Shown: in pieces, positions 15,294-30,974 of the stretch
Layout: every line of letters starts with the position of its first letter
Numbering within the stretch: position 1 is the first letter of the stretch
Source of the DNA: the human T2T-CHM13v2.0 reference genome, Homo sapiens
Assembly (NCBI RefSeq): GCF_009914755.1
Contig: NC_060927.1
Direction: 5' to 3' (one strand)
DNA: 64,000 nucleotides
Notes under the pieces: generated by a model
The model's input: the letters and a program-made list of their open reading frames with translations, nothing else
Database searches by the model: none
What the model was told of the DNA's origin: nothing
Program-made: the position numbers and the translations under genes

Positions 15294-16819
15294 TCAACAA
15301 CAAGGGCACACTGGGACATTTTGGAAAATGGATTATTTCTGGGACATGTAAGCAAATAAAACGCTTGACACAAGCTAGAATGGAAGCTCTGTGAGGGAAG
15401 GGGCTGGGGTCTGTTGTTCACAGCTGTACTTTTAATGCCTAGAGCATTTGTAAAACAAATATATGAACGAATGAACTTAAATAGCCAAGCTTATATGGAG
15501 GGATTTATAGATTCACAAAATATTAGACTACGTGACCTCTGTTAACCCAGTCAACTCTGAAACCTAATGCTATGAAATGCTTTTCTAAAAGTTAAATAGT
15601 CCCCTGTTCTGAAGCAAAGGCTATGAAATAGCCTACATTTATGCTTCATGATCTGCTCCAATACGACACTCTCCTAGCTCGCTAAATAGCTATTCTTTGC
15701 ATGACAAAAAAAAAAAGTGGGGGGGCCTCAGAACCTTCCCCAGGCCAGTGCTGCTCACAGCCAGGTGTGTCCCCCTCCAGGAGCCCTCTGTCAGGATGGC
15801 TGTGCGAGGTCAGCCAGCTGGCCCGCCGCGCCTGGTGGCTGTCAAGCCTGGCAGAAATCCCACAGACCTGCCAAAAGAATTCCGAGGCCTCCCTCTTTTC
15901 TCGTCCCTGTTGCCTCGGCGACCCGAGGCCAGGCTTAGTCAGCATTTTTGTTTGACAAACTGCATTCTCCTGTCCCCCAACCCCCAAATTAAAAAAAAAA
16001 AAAAAAGAAAGAAAAGGTTGAGGGTAAAAGCAGGGCTGAATTTGCTTTGGGAATAATGATTTCTCTACAAGGCAGCCCCCGTGAAGGGACAAGGGGGAGC
16101 CAAGGCTTTGCCACTTACTCGTCTTCCAGGTCCTGGTCCTCGAGGTTAAAATCTTCCAGAAAGATGGCCCCAAACCGTTATATTTAAATGAATAACACAC
16201 ATGAAAAGAAATACTCTCTTCAGGTAAAGCCATATGCCTGTTTTCATGTCAAGGAATTGTTCTTTTAGATAAACAGGCATTGAGAAGCCTGTTTCTCAAT
16301 GTCTGACCTGTGACTACGATTTCCCACTTCATTTGGTAAAGTTGCAATTATGCCTTTTAGGATACTGAGCAAATATTGCGTTGAATTTTTCAGGTGTAAC
16401 AACAGAATACTCTGTAGTCATTGTGGGTGTGTGTGGCTCATGACATTTAAAAATTTATGTACGGCCTGTTGTAGAAAGGATTCTAGGCGCTTTGGAATGG
16501 GTACATACAAAGTCACAGCACAACTTCATGGCTGACACAGAATAAAAAAATGACTTCCCAATATATTAAGAAGAGGCAACAAAGCAGTATTAAAGTATGC
16601 TACCACTTTTGTGTTTTAAAAAACAAAGTAGACACATTGATACACATGATACATACAAAAAGACTAGAAAGAAATCATCAGCATATTTACAGCCACTCTT
16701 TCTAGGTAAGAGTATAGGTGATTATAATTTCCTTCTTTGTTGTTTAGTATTTTATACATTCCGTACCATAAACATACGTTTTGTCTTTTTGTGTGTAGCA
16801 ATTCGTTTTCTTTTATTAT

Positions 16820-17110
16820 TCTTTTTGTTTACATACAGTAAAATTCACTCTTTGTGGTATACATGTCTGAGTTTTGACAAATGCAGAGCTGTGAAATAGC
16901 CACCACAACCAAGACACGGAACTGTGCCATCTGCCCCACAATTCCTCAGTGCTGCCCCTTTGGAGTCTACTCTTTCTGTACTGTCAACCCTGGCAAGTGC
17001 TCATCTCTTCTCTGTCCCCATAGTTTTGCTTTTCCAGAACGTCACATAAATGGAATCATACAGGATGTAGTTTTGGGGGGAAGTCTGGTTTCTTGCACTT
17101 AGCAAAAACA
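16820..17110 (-). mobile_element. Old L1M-type LINE-1 3' fragment (approximate)
   Basis: tacatacagtaaaattcactc...agttttgacaaatgc...cataaatggaatcatacag is typical reversed L1M 3'UTR. Confidence 0.65.
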
Positions 17111-17133
17111 CTTTTTTAAATGCTAATCACTAA

Positions 17134-17453
<320 letters not shown>

Positions 17454-19311
17454 AAAAATTAAAATTTTTTTCTACTTAAAAAAACTCAACAAACCAAATT
17501 TTAATTTCCTTAAAAAAATGAAGAGAAAGCAAAACTTCAATAAGAATTGCTTTTTTTTTCTAGAGTTGCCATTTCTTTGGTGAACCTGAAGTAGCCTCAC
17601 AGCCTTTGGGAAATTCAGTAAAAATAAAAGAAAACTCTATCACGGACAAAAGACTTCCTTTCACAGAAATGCACTCTTTATGTCTTCCATGTTAGATTCC
17701 TGGTACCCCTCCACTTGAAGTGTCTGCCGCATTCCAAGATAATTCATCAATTATCAGATACAAGTAGCTCAGCTCTGTTGCTACACCAGCCAATGCTAGA
17801 TTGGAGGGACTGCATTTAAGGAAATTCTCCTGCTTCAGAAGATTCCTTATCAGCAGAGATACCAAACCTTACTGGCTCTTTTGATCCTAATTCTGTAGCC
17901 AGTAACCTGAGGGGTCACTGGAAAGAAAAAGGAGTATCTGATGCTCACTTTCACAGAACTCTGCTCAGGTGCATCTGGTCTCAGTTCCAGTAATGAAAGT
18001 CAAAGATGGTAGCCACTGGGCCCCTGTGAAGCAGGGAATGGTTTTAATTTACTCTTCTGGTCTTTAACTTGGATTAAAGTTAATTATTTTTCCTTTTCTG
18101 CAAAAATACAAGTTATCTGAAGGCAGTCACATCCCATTTACCTGTCTGTTATTTTCTACTAAATAAATATTGATTGAATGAATGAAGAGATAAAGGAATG
18201 AAGGAAGGAAAAAAAATATGAGCTTCCATACTGAAATAATGAAGGCTCACTTTAGATTTGTAATCAAAGTTTCCTCAGATCCATTTTGTTAATGTTCTCG
18301 CATGATTTCAATGCCAATGAGTTAATAGGTGACCCTTTGGCATTGTGGTATACATCAAATCATGCAACAAGGACCAAGGAGTTGTTTTTTTCATGGCACA
18401 ACATCATCAAACTATATGCCTAGTGGAACAACGGCATAGCAGAAGGAACAGGAAGAAAAATGAAACAATATTTATATAGCATATTCTCCACAGGGATCTT
18501 TCAGATTCGTCGTATCATTCAAGAATGATAAAACTATAGACAGCGTGATAATTTATTAGTAATTAGGGGATAAATTCATCTACTTATTAAATTTTGCCAA
18601 CCTCCCTTTCTACTACAGAAAGAGAGCATAGCCTGGGGCCTTGCTCCCAGACAGGCTCAGTTGGTAGAAGGGCAGGTAGGTCTAGGCCTACCTGCAGGGC
18701 CTGGGCCCCAAGAAGACAGGCTGTACAATTAAGGCCGCCTACAAGCAAGAGGAGAGCCAGTGTAATTACAAACTGTCCACTGAGCAAGGGATATTCAGGC
18801 AGTTGTTGACTACCCAGGACATAGGGGTAGGACAGAGAGAACAAACAGAAGTGTACAGATAATCTTTAAATTTCACCAGAACCACCACTTCCCCCATCTC
18901 TCCAAATTCCTACCAGATGCTGGAAGGCAACTAAACAAGTGAGCCAAAGATCACTTTTAATTCCAGTCCATTTCCCTGCTGCTGCCATGGCTTAGGTTCA
19001 AAAAGTGAAGCAGAAAATCACCAAAAGAGTTCAAAAAATCCACCAAGATGAAACACAGAGCCCACACCTGAATACTGAATAATCAGGTGTCCTGGCAAAT
19101 GCCCCAGAAAACTATTATAGAACACTCCAATGCCATTTATTATATGGTCTTAAATCATATCTTTGACAATCAGGAGCATGCTGCTTCTGCATGGGGAAAA
19201 AATCTGCCATGATTAAAAAGTCTATTTAGACCTTTTCCTGTACTCCCTAACAAAAATAAAAAGGCATCAGAACACCAGAACCAACCACTCTACCATTCCA
19301 TCTCCTCCTAA

Positions 19312-19313
<2 letters not shown>

Positions 19314-19374
<61 letters not shown>
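19314..19374. repeat. (CA)~30 microsatellite
   Basis: Uninterrupted 61-nt AC run. Confidence 0.98.
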
Positions 19375-19378
<4 letters not shown>

Positions 19379-20779
19379 CAAGGCTGAACTACATGAGTCC
19401 CTGTGAGCAAATCTGGACAATCTTTTCTCCTGCTTCATATACAATGCAACAATGCAATTGCTCACTATGATGCAGCACAACGCCCCACGTTCCACAGCCT
19501 CCAAGGATCAGCATTTAAGGAACTTGGTTGGCATTTCTGTAATATGAACCATCAGTACTACATCCTGGTTCAAAGGCACCTACAGCTGGAATAAAGGAAA
19601 CAATTTGGGGCACTTTTCCCACCCCTTTTCAGAAATACTTTCTGTGGGAAAGAAGGAGGAGAAGCAAGAGAAAGAGAAACACACCCGCAAAAACAGAGAA
19701 GCAAGTCATTCTTTGCAGAATGGTCACAACTTTGTGTAAAGAAAAAACTCACTAAAGCTCATTTAAGTATAAAACTGAGAATGTATAAAATGCTGTTGGG
19801 ATACTGTTTAATTTACCTTACATTATAAAACAGAAAAATTATTCCAAATAAAATTATCATTCAAAGACAGAAAACAATTAACAATACAATTACTTCCCAT
19901 CAAGAAACATGACACTATATATCTAAAATCAGTATAAACAACCGTTAGCCTGAAATAACCGTGAAAGTTCAAACATAAATCCTCAGGGTAAAAGACACAA
20001 CTGTAGTTACCTAATTATTAAGTTGTATTCCTCAAATTTGGAGGAAAGTTCAGCTGAGCAACAAAGCACAATTTATATTCATTTTCCTTATTTTCAAAGA
20101 CTATATCTGAGAAATGATTTTAATTTACCATGCATTTTAAACCTCACACAATATAGATTTCTTATATCCTGGAATGTATTTGATGAGAAATACATTATTC
20201 ATTCATGGAAGTCAATGTGTATTTTTGAAAGTATCAAATGTAGCTTTAAAAAAACAGCATTTACCCTAACATGCTCGGTCCTTTCCTCCAAGAAAGTTCT
20301 CTGGAATGTTAAAACTACTTATTTCTCTAATTTCTCTAAAGTAGCAAAAGGAAGTTATTCATGTATCTTGCTTCATGTGAGTCACAAAACAAAGTCTGAA
20401 AAGTTAAAACAATAAACTGAAGCTTTTCTCCCCAAAATGTAGCCAGAAAAAAAGCATGAGACCTGAAAACATGGGTTATATTAGTTTAGCAACACAGAAG
20501 AAAGAATTCTGCTCTTCCATAGACCAAGCCACTGAAACAGGGAGAGCACTGTGGGTTCTTTTAGGAATTCTCTTGTATTCGTTTTTGAAGTACAGCACTG
20601 AGCCTGACCCACAGAGGGCACACGGCAACACACTCCTGACTGACGGAATGAAAACTGAATGAATGGAGTATGGTACAAAAGTGCCTGATTGATGCCCAGG
20701 CAGTTTTGCAGAGCACTCTGTTGGAGTCCATATACAAACCACTTTCCCTTCTCATTCTCCCTTCAGCTTCCCTCTTTTT

Positions 20780-21296
20780 CATGCTCTGTGGTGGACCAAG
20801 ATCCTTTGTCATTTCTTCTGAGGAACATCCACTCCACTATCTGCTTGAATCTCGGGGGGTTCTCTGTGACTACTTTGACCAAGAGAGTGTGGCAAAAGCG
20901 ACTCCACGACCGTTTCCAGAGCTAGGCCCCAAGAAATTGGCAACTTCTACTTCCTGTCTCTTAGAATGCTTTTTCTTGAAAACCCAAGCTGCTATGGAAT
21001 GAGTACCACTACTCTGAGATCGCCACACCATAGATCCCAGGCTTTTGTTCCAGCTTAGCCCAGTCTTCCAGCAATCCTCACCATCATGCCACCCACTTAG
21101 GTAAAGCCATTGTGAACTATCCAGACCAACCCACCTACCAGTTGAATACCACTAAATGACCTCAGTCAATGCCATGTAGAGCAGAAGAATATCCCAGGTG
21201 AGCCCCTTCTAAATTCTGACCCACAAAATTGTGCGATATAATGAAATGGCTATTTAAGCAACTACATTTTGGGATAATTTGTTACACAACAACAGA
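20780..21296 (+). mobile_element. MaLR LTR (MLT1-type), approximate 5' end
   Basis: gcagaagaatatcccaggtgagccc...tgacccacaaaattgtg...ttttgggataatttgttacacaacaacaga is an MLT1 3' terminus. Confidence 0.7.
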
Positions 21297-21584
21297 CTCT
21301 TGTCTCTCTACTTTCTCCTTTCTCTCCTTCTAAAGACTAGCAGTGGAAGCCAAAGGCAGCCATGTTAATACAGCTCGTCCTTGTACCCTTAAGCTTCGTT
21401 CTGAAAAGGCAGGCAGAACACTGAGAGAAGAAACTGGATTTTAATCAAGAGGCTTGGAGTAGGGCTTTGAGCCCTATTGTCTCTTCTTCTCTAGAAGAAT
21501 TACCCTGAAGGTAAGCAGCTACCTACCCATCAGCTTTGGCACCAAGGCCAGGGAGCCTCCACCAGACACCATGGAAAGCCATAC

Positions 21585-21787
21585 CTGCCTCATGAGCTCC
21601 TCTTGGCGCATTCGAATCCTTTCTCTCTCCATCTGGATTCTCTGAAGCCGCAGTTTCTGCTGCTGCTGCTGCTGAGTGGTCAGCGCATTGGGCATACTCA
21701 TGAGCCCTGCGGGTGGGTTCTGAGTGGGGTGGTTCTGCTGGCTCAGGGTACTGGGGGCCATCTGCTGCTGGTGTTGGTGATTCATCA
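21585..21787 (-). CDS. WWTR1: WWTR1 coding exon (203 nt; VMNHQHQQQMAPSTLSQQ...QQQQQQKLRLQRIQMERERIRMRQEELMRQ), Gln-rich region and coiled coil
   Basis: Acceptor cttgcag|TG at 21788-21789, donor CAG|gtatgg at 21584. Matches the TAZ coiled coil. Confidence 0.97.
21657..21674 (-). repeat. WWTR1: Coding (CAG)6 polyglutamine tract
   Basis: (CTG)6 on the + strand within the exon. Confidence 0.95.
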
Positions 21788-22548
21788 CTGCAAGAGGGAA
21801 GAACATACAGATTAATGACCAGGGCCCACAATACCTTATCAAAAATAGACCATCAGAATGTTTTCTGCTTTGGAGTATAGATTCCTGAGATTCCTTCCAA
21901 AGTACTTTCCTGTTAACCATTACTGTTTAAGTAATTATTACCTTAATTCAATTCACGGAGGCTCGAATACTGGCCCCAATCCTGACTCATCTAGCCTCGG
22001 CTTTTGTTTCTGTTAAAATCTCATTTCACACCTCCCTGTCTAGAGTACATTTTAAGCCTTACATAGAACATAGTGGTCTAAAGCAAATTCCACAAAGGTT
22101 ATCACAAGTTATGAGATAATTTCACCAGATCATTTGTGTGTGTGTGTGTGTGCATGTGTATACTTTCTCAGTTAATTTGTGTGTTTATGGCAGAGGTAAG
22201 GAGGGCATGTGATCTTTGGTACACAAACCAGTGAATTGACAAACAACATGTAACACAAAGCACCTAGATCAGGAGCCGACATATAAGGAGGACTCCATTA
22301 ATCCTTTGTTTGAAAAGCATGCTGCAAGGAAGCCTGAGCTATGAGCTAAACTCAGGAACAAATATCTGACTGAGAAAAAAATGTTTGTTTCTTCAAAGGG
22401 AGAAATTAGTGAGAAAGAAATTATGCAGAAATGCTAAACATGTTGTGCCTGGATAAACGCATGAGAAATATTTTCAATTTTTTTTAAATGCTCTATTTAT
22501 CTGCATTTAACAACCAGTGAAATTTCAGCATATAGAACTTCACTTTAC

Positions 22549-22876
<328 letters not shown>

Positions 22877-23197
22877 TTAAAATCCTTAAATAAATTTTAT
22901 AATTGGTATTTCTGCAAAAATGCATTTATAAAAGTGCTAGTTTTTCTCAAAATTGTTTACCAGTCAAATTTGCTTAACTTCTGCTGGGCAATGTCATGTA
23001 ATAAAGAAAACCATGCTTTTCAGTCTATTTCCTCCTAGGTCAGGGTCAAAGAAAACAAGGTATAATTTTATATACTCACTTCATTTCTGAGAAAAAAATT
23101 CTCAATTTTTGCTATATTTGGTATCATTAACTTTAAAACATTTTATAATATATGTATATTTTTTATAATATTTCATATATATGTATATATTTTAAAC

Positions 23198-23318
23198 ATA
23201 GAGACGAGGTTTCACTATGTTGCCTAGGCTGGTCTTGAATTCCTGGGCTCAAGCAATCCTCTTACCTTGGCCTCCCAAAGTGCTGGGATTGCAGGTGGAA
23301 GCCACCACGCCTGGTGGC
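23198..23318 (-). mobile_element. Alu monomer (FLAM-like)
   Basis: Left arm only, reversed. Confidence 0.8.
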
Positions 23319-24759
23319 TTAAGTTAAATACTTTTCATCTTCAGTTTGCTATGCATATTATGTAGAAATATGATTTACAAGTAAATCTCCTTAAATGAAT
23401 TTAAGTAGCCCAAATCTCCATATATTAAATATATGTATTAAATGTATAATATATGTGTATATTTGAACGACATATATGTACATTTGAAAGACAATACCAA
23501 CACTGAAGCTTTTCTAGAGAAGAATAGATTTCTTTGAGGAAGAATTCAATGGCAAAGATTTCTCCAGGATGGAGGTGAGGGTGGGATAAAAATGTTCTTT
23601 TTTGTCCATACGCTCACTGAAATTGTTATTGCAATTCCTGCTGCGTGTCATGCACTGGGCTTAAACTTGGAAAAATAGCTCCTGCCTTCATGAGAACTAA
23701 CGGACTGGTGGAAGAGAGGTGTGAAGAAATGAGATGGATTTTTATGAGTGGCTTATGGAACATGAAACTGTTAGGCTACATAAGGAACCTGGGAGATTAT
23801 CTAGTCCATCCCCTTATTTTATGGAATAGGGACTGTAACCCAGAAAGGTTAAGGGATGTGCCCTGGTTAGTGGCAAGTAGAGCCAAGACCAAAATCGAGA
23901 TCCTCTTGTACCCCGTCCAACTGTCCCTAGCCACCTTCTGTCACATCTTAGACTGAAGAAGAGGAACAACTGCTGAAGCCTCAGAGCAACCCTGTAAAGA
24001 CAATCTGCCTTCAATTGTTTGCAAGAAAGTACCACACACACAGCAGGTCATCAAAATAGGGACCCAAATGTTGCTTGCGTTACTAAGAGGAAGGGCTCGA
24101 GGAAAGCCTGGATAGATTTACAACTCTGGGCCCAATAACATGCTAGTAAAAGGGAAGATATCAGTGTATATTGCCTAGACAGTTTAGGTTTCCCCCTTAG
24201 AATTAAGCCTGCCACCAAGGACTCTCACCTCCTGGCACAATCCCAGGTACACAGGGAAAGCTCAGGAAACGATCTGATGAATGAATAAAATCAGTTGGGC
24301 ATTTCTTACACTCTTAGATTAAGAACAAGAGAAAAAGCACAGTCATGATTGATGCCAAAAAACCTGAGATGAGTATTTCACTTCTAGAGCTTGTTATAGT
24401 ATAATTACAACTTCTACTTGAAGGCCTGGGGTGGGAGGTAAAGGGTTTTGCACAGATGGTGTCGCAGGGGAAAAGTTCCCTTAAGTACAGATTCAAGTAA
24501 GACAAAATCCAGACATCCAGAAGGGTTTAATTCATGAAACCTATTTCAAGCCAGGGAAGAGAGGCGCAGATGGAAGAATGATAATTATTTCAAGGAACAG
24601 GCATTTCTGAACCTTCTATAAAAGTATGTTCTTACTAGTAGTTATATTTAATATGGTAGTATCTGACACAACTACTAGAGACAAAAAAGATGCCCAATAG
24701 TTCTGATATCAGAAATACCCAGGTTAGGAAAACAAGGCTTCAAAGGCACAGGTTGTTAA

Positions 24760-25069
<310 letters not shown>

Positions 25070-26402
25070 CTATGTTAATTTTTATAACTTAGATACTTTG
25101 GAAAATTTTATAACTGACTCAGGTGACTTACTGACATAACAAATTCTAGTAGGACTATCATCAGTCACTTAGGTAGACTGCCCTTGTCGGTGTACAAAAT
25201 GCTGCATTGGGCGTACTCTCAAGCAGTGTACTGTATTACTGAAAGCCACATAGCAACCAGATATTGCTCAGCAGATTTTATTAATACCTGAATCCTAATC
25301 TGGAGGAGTTTCAGACTTGGAGAGGAGCTCTTCCCAAGCCACATCTATGTGAGTCTTTAAAACACTTGCCCCTACTTGAGACATTCACAGGAGGTAATGG
25401 TGGAAACACTGGTTTCTTCCATTTAATTTAGATTTGATCTTTCAGACTAAACATCTCTCATTATTAACTGTAGAGTCTGGAAAAGGGTGGAACTTAGATG
25501 ATAGCTTTGTTTTCAAAGTAAAGCACATATCAACAGAGCAGTTTGTACAAGGATATTCAAAACAGTATTGTTTATAATTGCAAAAGATTAAAAATGATCT
25601 TAATGTCCATCAGTGGGAGATATGGTCCACCCATTTAGAGAAATTCTGTATGATGATTCCAATGTTTCTTAGAGATCGTCCAGAAGGGGAAAAACCCAAA
25701 GGACAGAACTGTATTATGAGCATGTTACTAGTTGTGGTTAGAAAAGGTGGGGCATGTTATGCATGTGCAGCAAATCTCCACAGAAGGGCACACCTGAGAC
25801 CGGCAACAGCGAGCACCTCGGCAGAAGAAACTGGGTATCAGGGATGGGAGATCTTCCTTTTCCTTTTCTGTACTATTTTAAGTTTTCCCACATGAATTTA
25901 TCATTTAATGTAAAACATAAGTGAAAATAAAAATTTTAAAGCATAAAACAAAAACATGGCCATGTAAGCTTCAAACTCAATATTTTGTTGGTAGAGTGAA
26001 AGAAAGAAGCCCCAAATTATCTGAAAAACAACAAATACAGCTTAGGATATAATCAAGACTGTCAAAGCTGAGAGTCTGCTTGGTGCAACCTCTCCTTATG
26101 GAGATGAGGAAACCAAAACTCAGAGAAAGTGAATTTTATCAAGGTCATAAAACCGGTCGGTATCCTAGAAGCCAGGTGACTTGTCTCAACCCAGGAACCC
26201 ACCATTCACCTTGCCACTATGCTCCCTCTAGTTGTTTAATTTCAAACCATACTGAACCATCATTGACACTGGAGCTCATGAGCTTCACTTGTGGTTGAGG
26301 TTCCTTAAAACCACCGCTTTTGACACTGAGGGCAGAGGAGGCCTAAGGCAGAGAAAAAGAGAAACAAAGTCCTCAGCAGAGCATGGGAAGGCAAAACATC
26401 TA

Positions 26403-26795
<393 letters not shown>

Positions 26796-27194
26796 GGCAG
26801 AGTATTCCAAATGCAGTATCTGAGGCCAAGCCGGATTAAGGGCAGACTGCCACAAACTGCCTCAAAAAGGCTAAAGACCTCGTCAGCTCTAGACCGTTGC
26901 CAGTCCCCCCAGAAAGGAATAACCCAAACAGAAGATTTCTCCATAGAAGCAGGAATGCATCAAAGCTAAAGCAGGGACATCTTTTTTGTTTTTCCTTCCA
27001 AGAGAGTCAGAATTTAAATTTAGATTCCCATTTATCTTTTTCTTTTTCATTGTTTTCATCTCCTTTTCCCTTTTTCTTTTTTTTTTTTTTAATAATTGGC
27101 TTTCTCTTCTGTGTTTGGAAATTGATAAAACCATGCTCTGCAGATGTGTGACCAGAAACATTTAATTGGCATTATTCAATATAAAGGAAAAAAT

Positions 27195-27221
<27 letters not shown>
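27195..27221. repeat. (CA)~13 microsatellite
   Basis: Direct reading. Confidence 0.95.
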
Positions 27222-27225
<4 letters not shown>

Positions 27226-28299
27226 CCGCCAGTGCCAAGGCATCTGAGATACAAACACACTTTTGATTCAATGACTGTGTCCTTGGTGAAGCAAACAGTC
27301 AACACGGGAATGGGGCGGGGGGTGGGGTTATTTACGTAGGACATGACCCTCTGGTTAGTGCTGCCTGGGGCAATATACACTTGGTCATTTCTACAAAGCT
27401 CTAAGTGTATGCTCAAGGCAAGAAAGTCGCCCGGACTCAATTCTAAGCCAGCACAAGATTTGCTATATAAGAAGCAAACATGGAAAAGGTAAAGGCTTCA
27501 ATCCTGAACTTTTGCCTTTTGCAACACCAGGAAACAGAGAGCCACAGCTCGTAGAGAAAGTGCTTTTGGCAGCTTCCCTAAGCCAGGAGCTGCAGACGAT
27601 GAGGGAGGCCAGTGAATCAGAGGCTGCCCAGAGCACCTCCTGGAATGTTTCACAAACGTCTTTTTGGCCTCGGCAGGTTTCAGTGGCTTGCTCTTCTATG
27701 TCCTGGGCTTGCTTCCCTCATTTTTAAAATAGGTTTTAGTTACACACATACACATATACAATGCCAAGTGAAGAAAACAAAACCATAAGGGTAGGCTCAA
27801 CTACGAAAACCATAGCGGACAGGCCTGCAAGGGGCTGGCTCTGAGTAGATCATGGAAAGAACAGCTGGCGCCCAGTGGCTAGAAGTCACACCTAAGTGCT
27901 AGGAAGACACAGAAATTACTTGGCTCCCTTCAAATCCTTCTCCTCAGTTCACATGTGAGTCTTGGAAGGTGAAGAAGAATATCTTCGGCTAGTATGCGTT
28001 TCTTGTTGTATCTCCCTCCTCTCTCCTTTCGACAACAAACTTCTCAGTGGAGGTATCTCTACTCTTGGCACTTTGAGGTGAATTTTTTAGAATATGTGGT
28101 TTTGTTAATGTGTCAGAGGCACAATTCCATTTAAGTGAACGGGTAAGGCCTCCCCAAGCCCTCCATGACTTTTTCCATCCCCAGCACCTATTTCCTAACA
28201 GTACTTCGGTTCCAACAATAATAGGGAGTTTTCACAGGCTGTAGACTGTGGTTCATTAGTTTACTAAAAATGTAATTTCCACAAATCCATATTCATATG

Positions 28300-29350
<1,051 letters not shown>

Positions 29351-29544
29351 AAAAACAGCAAATTTTAACGTGCCCAGTGAATACCAGGAACTTTGCTGGC
29401 TACTCTCTTTTTAATAGTCAATATTAATTTAATAGTCAATGGTTGGGGTATGTAAAAATGGACACAATCTTTAAGAGAAAATCTGGTCTATAATGTGTCC
29501 CAGGGGAATAAATAGATATTAAGCTAAAATTTTTTAAATTGCTT

Positions 29545-29750
29545 CTAGAAGTGTTCCCTGGTCTAATAAGACTGGGAAATGTTGGGCTAAAGAAAGTTAA
29601 AATAATTTATTTTATTGGAAGATTTGTCAGTCTTTAGAGTAATAGGGGGTACCAAGACTTTCTGAAAGAGATATATGAATTCAACAACTCGTTTCTCAAA
29701 CTTGCAAGGCTGATATTCTTCTGGATAGGAATACTAGGAAATGCTGGTCC
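29545..29750. mobile_element. hAT-Charlie-type DNA transposon relic (MER112-like)
   Basis: gttccctggtctaataagactgggaaatgttgggctaaa...gtttctcaaacttg; family assigned from memory of the consensus. Confidence 0.45.
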
Positions 29751-30272
29751 ACTGTAACTCAGTGGATGTCTTGGCAGAGTACTGAATTATAAATTAAATA
29801 TGAATGAATATTATATTAAGTCCCTACTGTGTGCTTAGCTCTTTAAAATTAATTAAAGAAGCTGTTTAGGACACGGAGCCAGAGAAGGGAAAAAAGCGGA
29901 CAGGGAATGTTGAACAAAGCAGTTTCATGTGCCTAGAATGAGGGACTGCTGTTCAAGATACAGAGTAATAGAAAAACAAAGCAAAACAAAATACAGGAAA
30001 AGCAAGGGTTATAAAAGACTGCTTGAATATCTGCTGACATTTTCCATAAGCACGTGATGATTTAAAAAGAAAATTTCAAAGATGGCTTAACTTCCGTATC
30101 AGTTTTCACAGGTAGTTAGCAAAGCCTTGCTAAATTAACTTCAGTTACATATATTCCAAATTATCTATCTTTTAGTTTTTTTTTTTCTTTAAAAAGCTTG
30201 CTTCTATAATAAAACCACATCAACTATTCCAAATAACACTTCTAACATCATCCTTTAAGAGTAGAACAGGTA

Positions 30273-30563
30273 AAGCTGGCACGGTGGCTCAGGCAGTAAT
30301 CCCAGCACTTTGGGAGGCTGAGGCGGGCAAATCACCTGAGGTCGGGAGTTTGAGACCAGCCTGACCGACATGGAGAAACCCCATCTCTATTAAAAATACA
30401 AAATTAGCTGGGCATAGTGGTGCATGCCTTTAATCCCAGCTACTCGGGAGTCTGCGGCAGGAGAATCGTTTGAACCCAGGAGGCAGGAGGTTGCGGTGAG
30501 CCAAGACCACGCCATTGCTCTCCAGCCTGGGCAGCAAGAGTGAAACTTCGTCTCCAAAAAAAA
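30273..30563 (+). mobile_element. Alu (Sp-like)
   Basis: 16-bp TSD aagagtagaacaggta (30257-30272 and 30564-30579). Confidence 0.95.
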
Positions 30564-30865
30564 AAGAGTAGAACAGGTAGAGGCTGACATTGTTTTTAAA
30601 ACTTGAATGCAGTCTCTTCAAAATAGGTAAATATGCAACATTCAAAGGCATACACTGGGTAATACACTTGATATGGCATCTGGGAAACTTCCTCCTTGGA
30701 ACAAGTGTTTAATTCAGTTTGATATTTGGGCCAGTAAGTTCATATAAACTTCATCAGAAACACTTTCCAGGAACCTAAACCCAACATGAGAGGGGAGCAT
30801 AAAAGCTTCCAAAAGTTAGAATGCAAAGCTTTACAATCACCTCATTCTCTTCTTCTCTGTCACAG

Positions 30866-30974
30866 AGGGTGACCAATTATCCTGGTTTGCCTGGGACTGA
30901 GGGGTTTCCCAGAACACAGGTCACAGTGCTAAATCTGGGAAAGTCCCAGGCAAATGGGATGGTTTTTCACTCCA
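30866..30974. mobile_element. MER81-like hAT-Blackjack MITE
   Basis: agggtgaccaa...tttgcctgggact...agtcccaggcaaa...ggtttttcact, with long terminal inverted repeats. Confidence 0.75.

Noticed and set aside
15682-16233. 183-aa minus-strand ORF and overlapping + strand ORFs
   Set aside because: No recognisable domain; they cross poly(A/T) runs and are explained by local GC richness.
21519-21584. In-frame extension or alternative donor (ATGG|gtaggt at ~21527) after the coiled-coil exon
   Set aside because: A 58-nt extension would shift the frame, and nothing supports its use.
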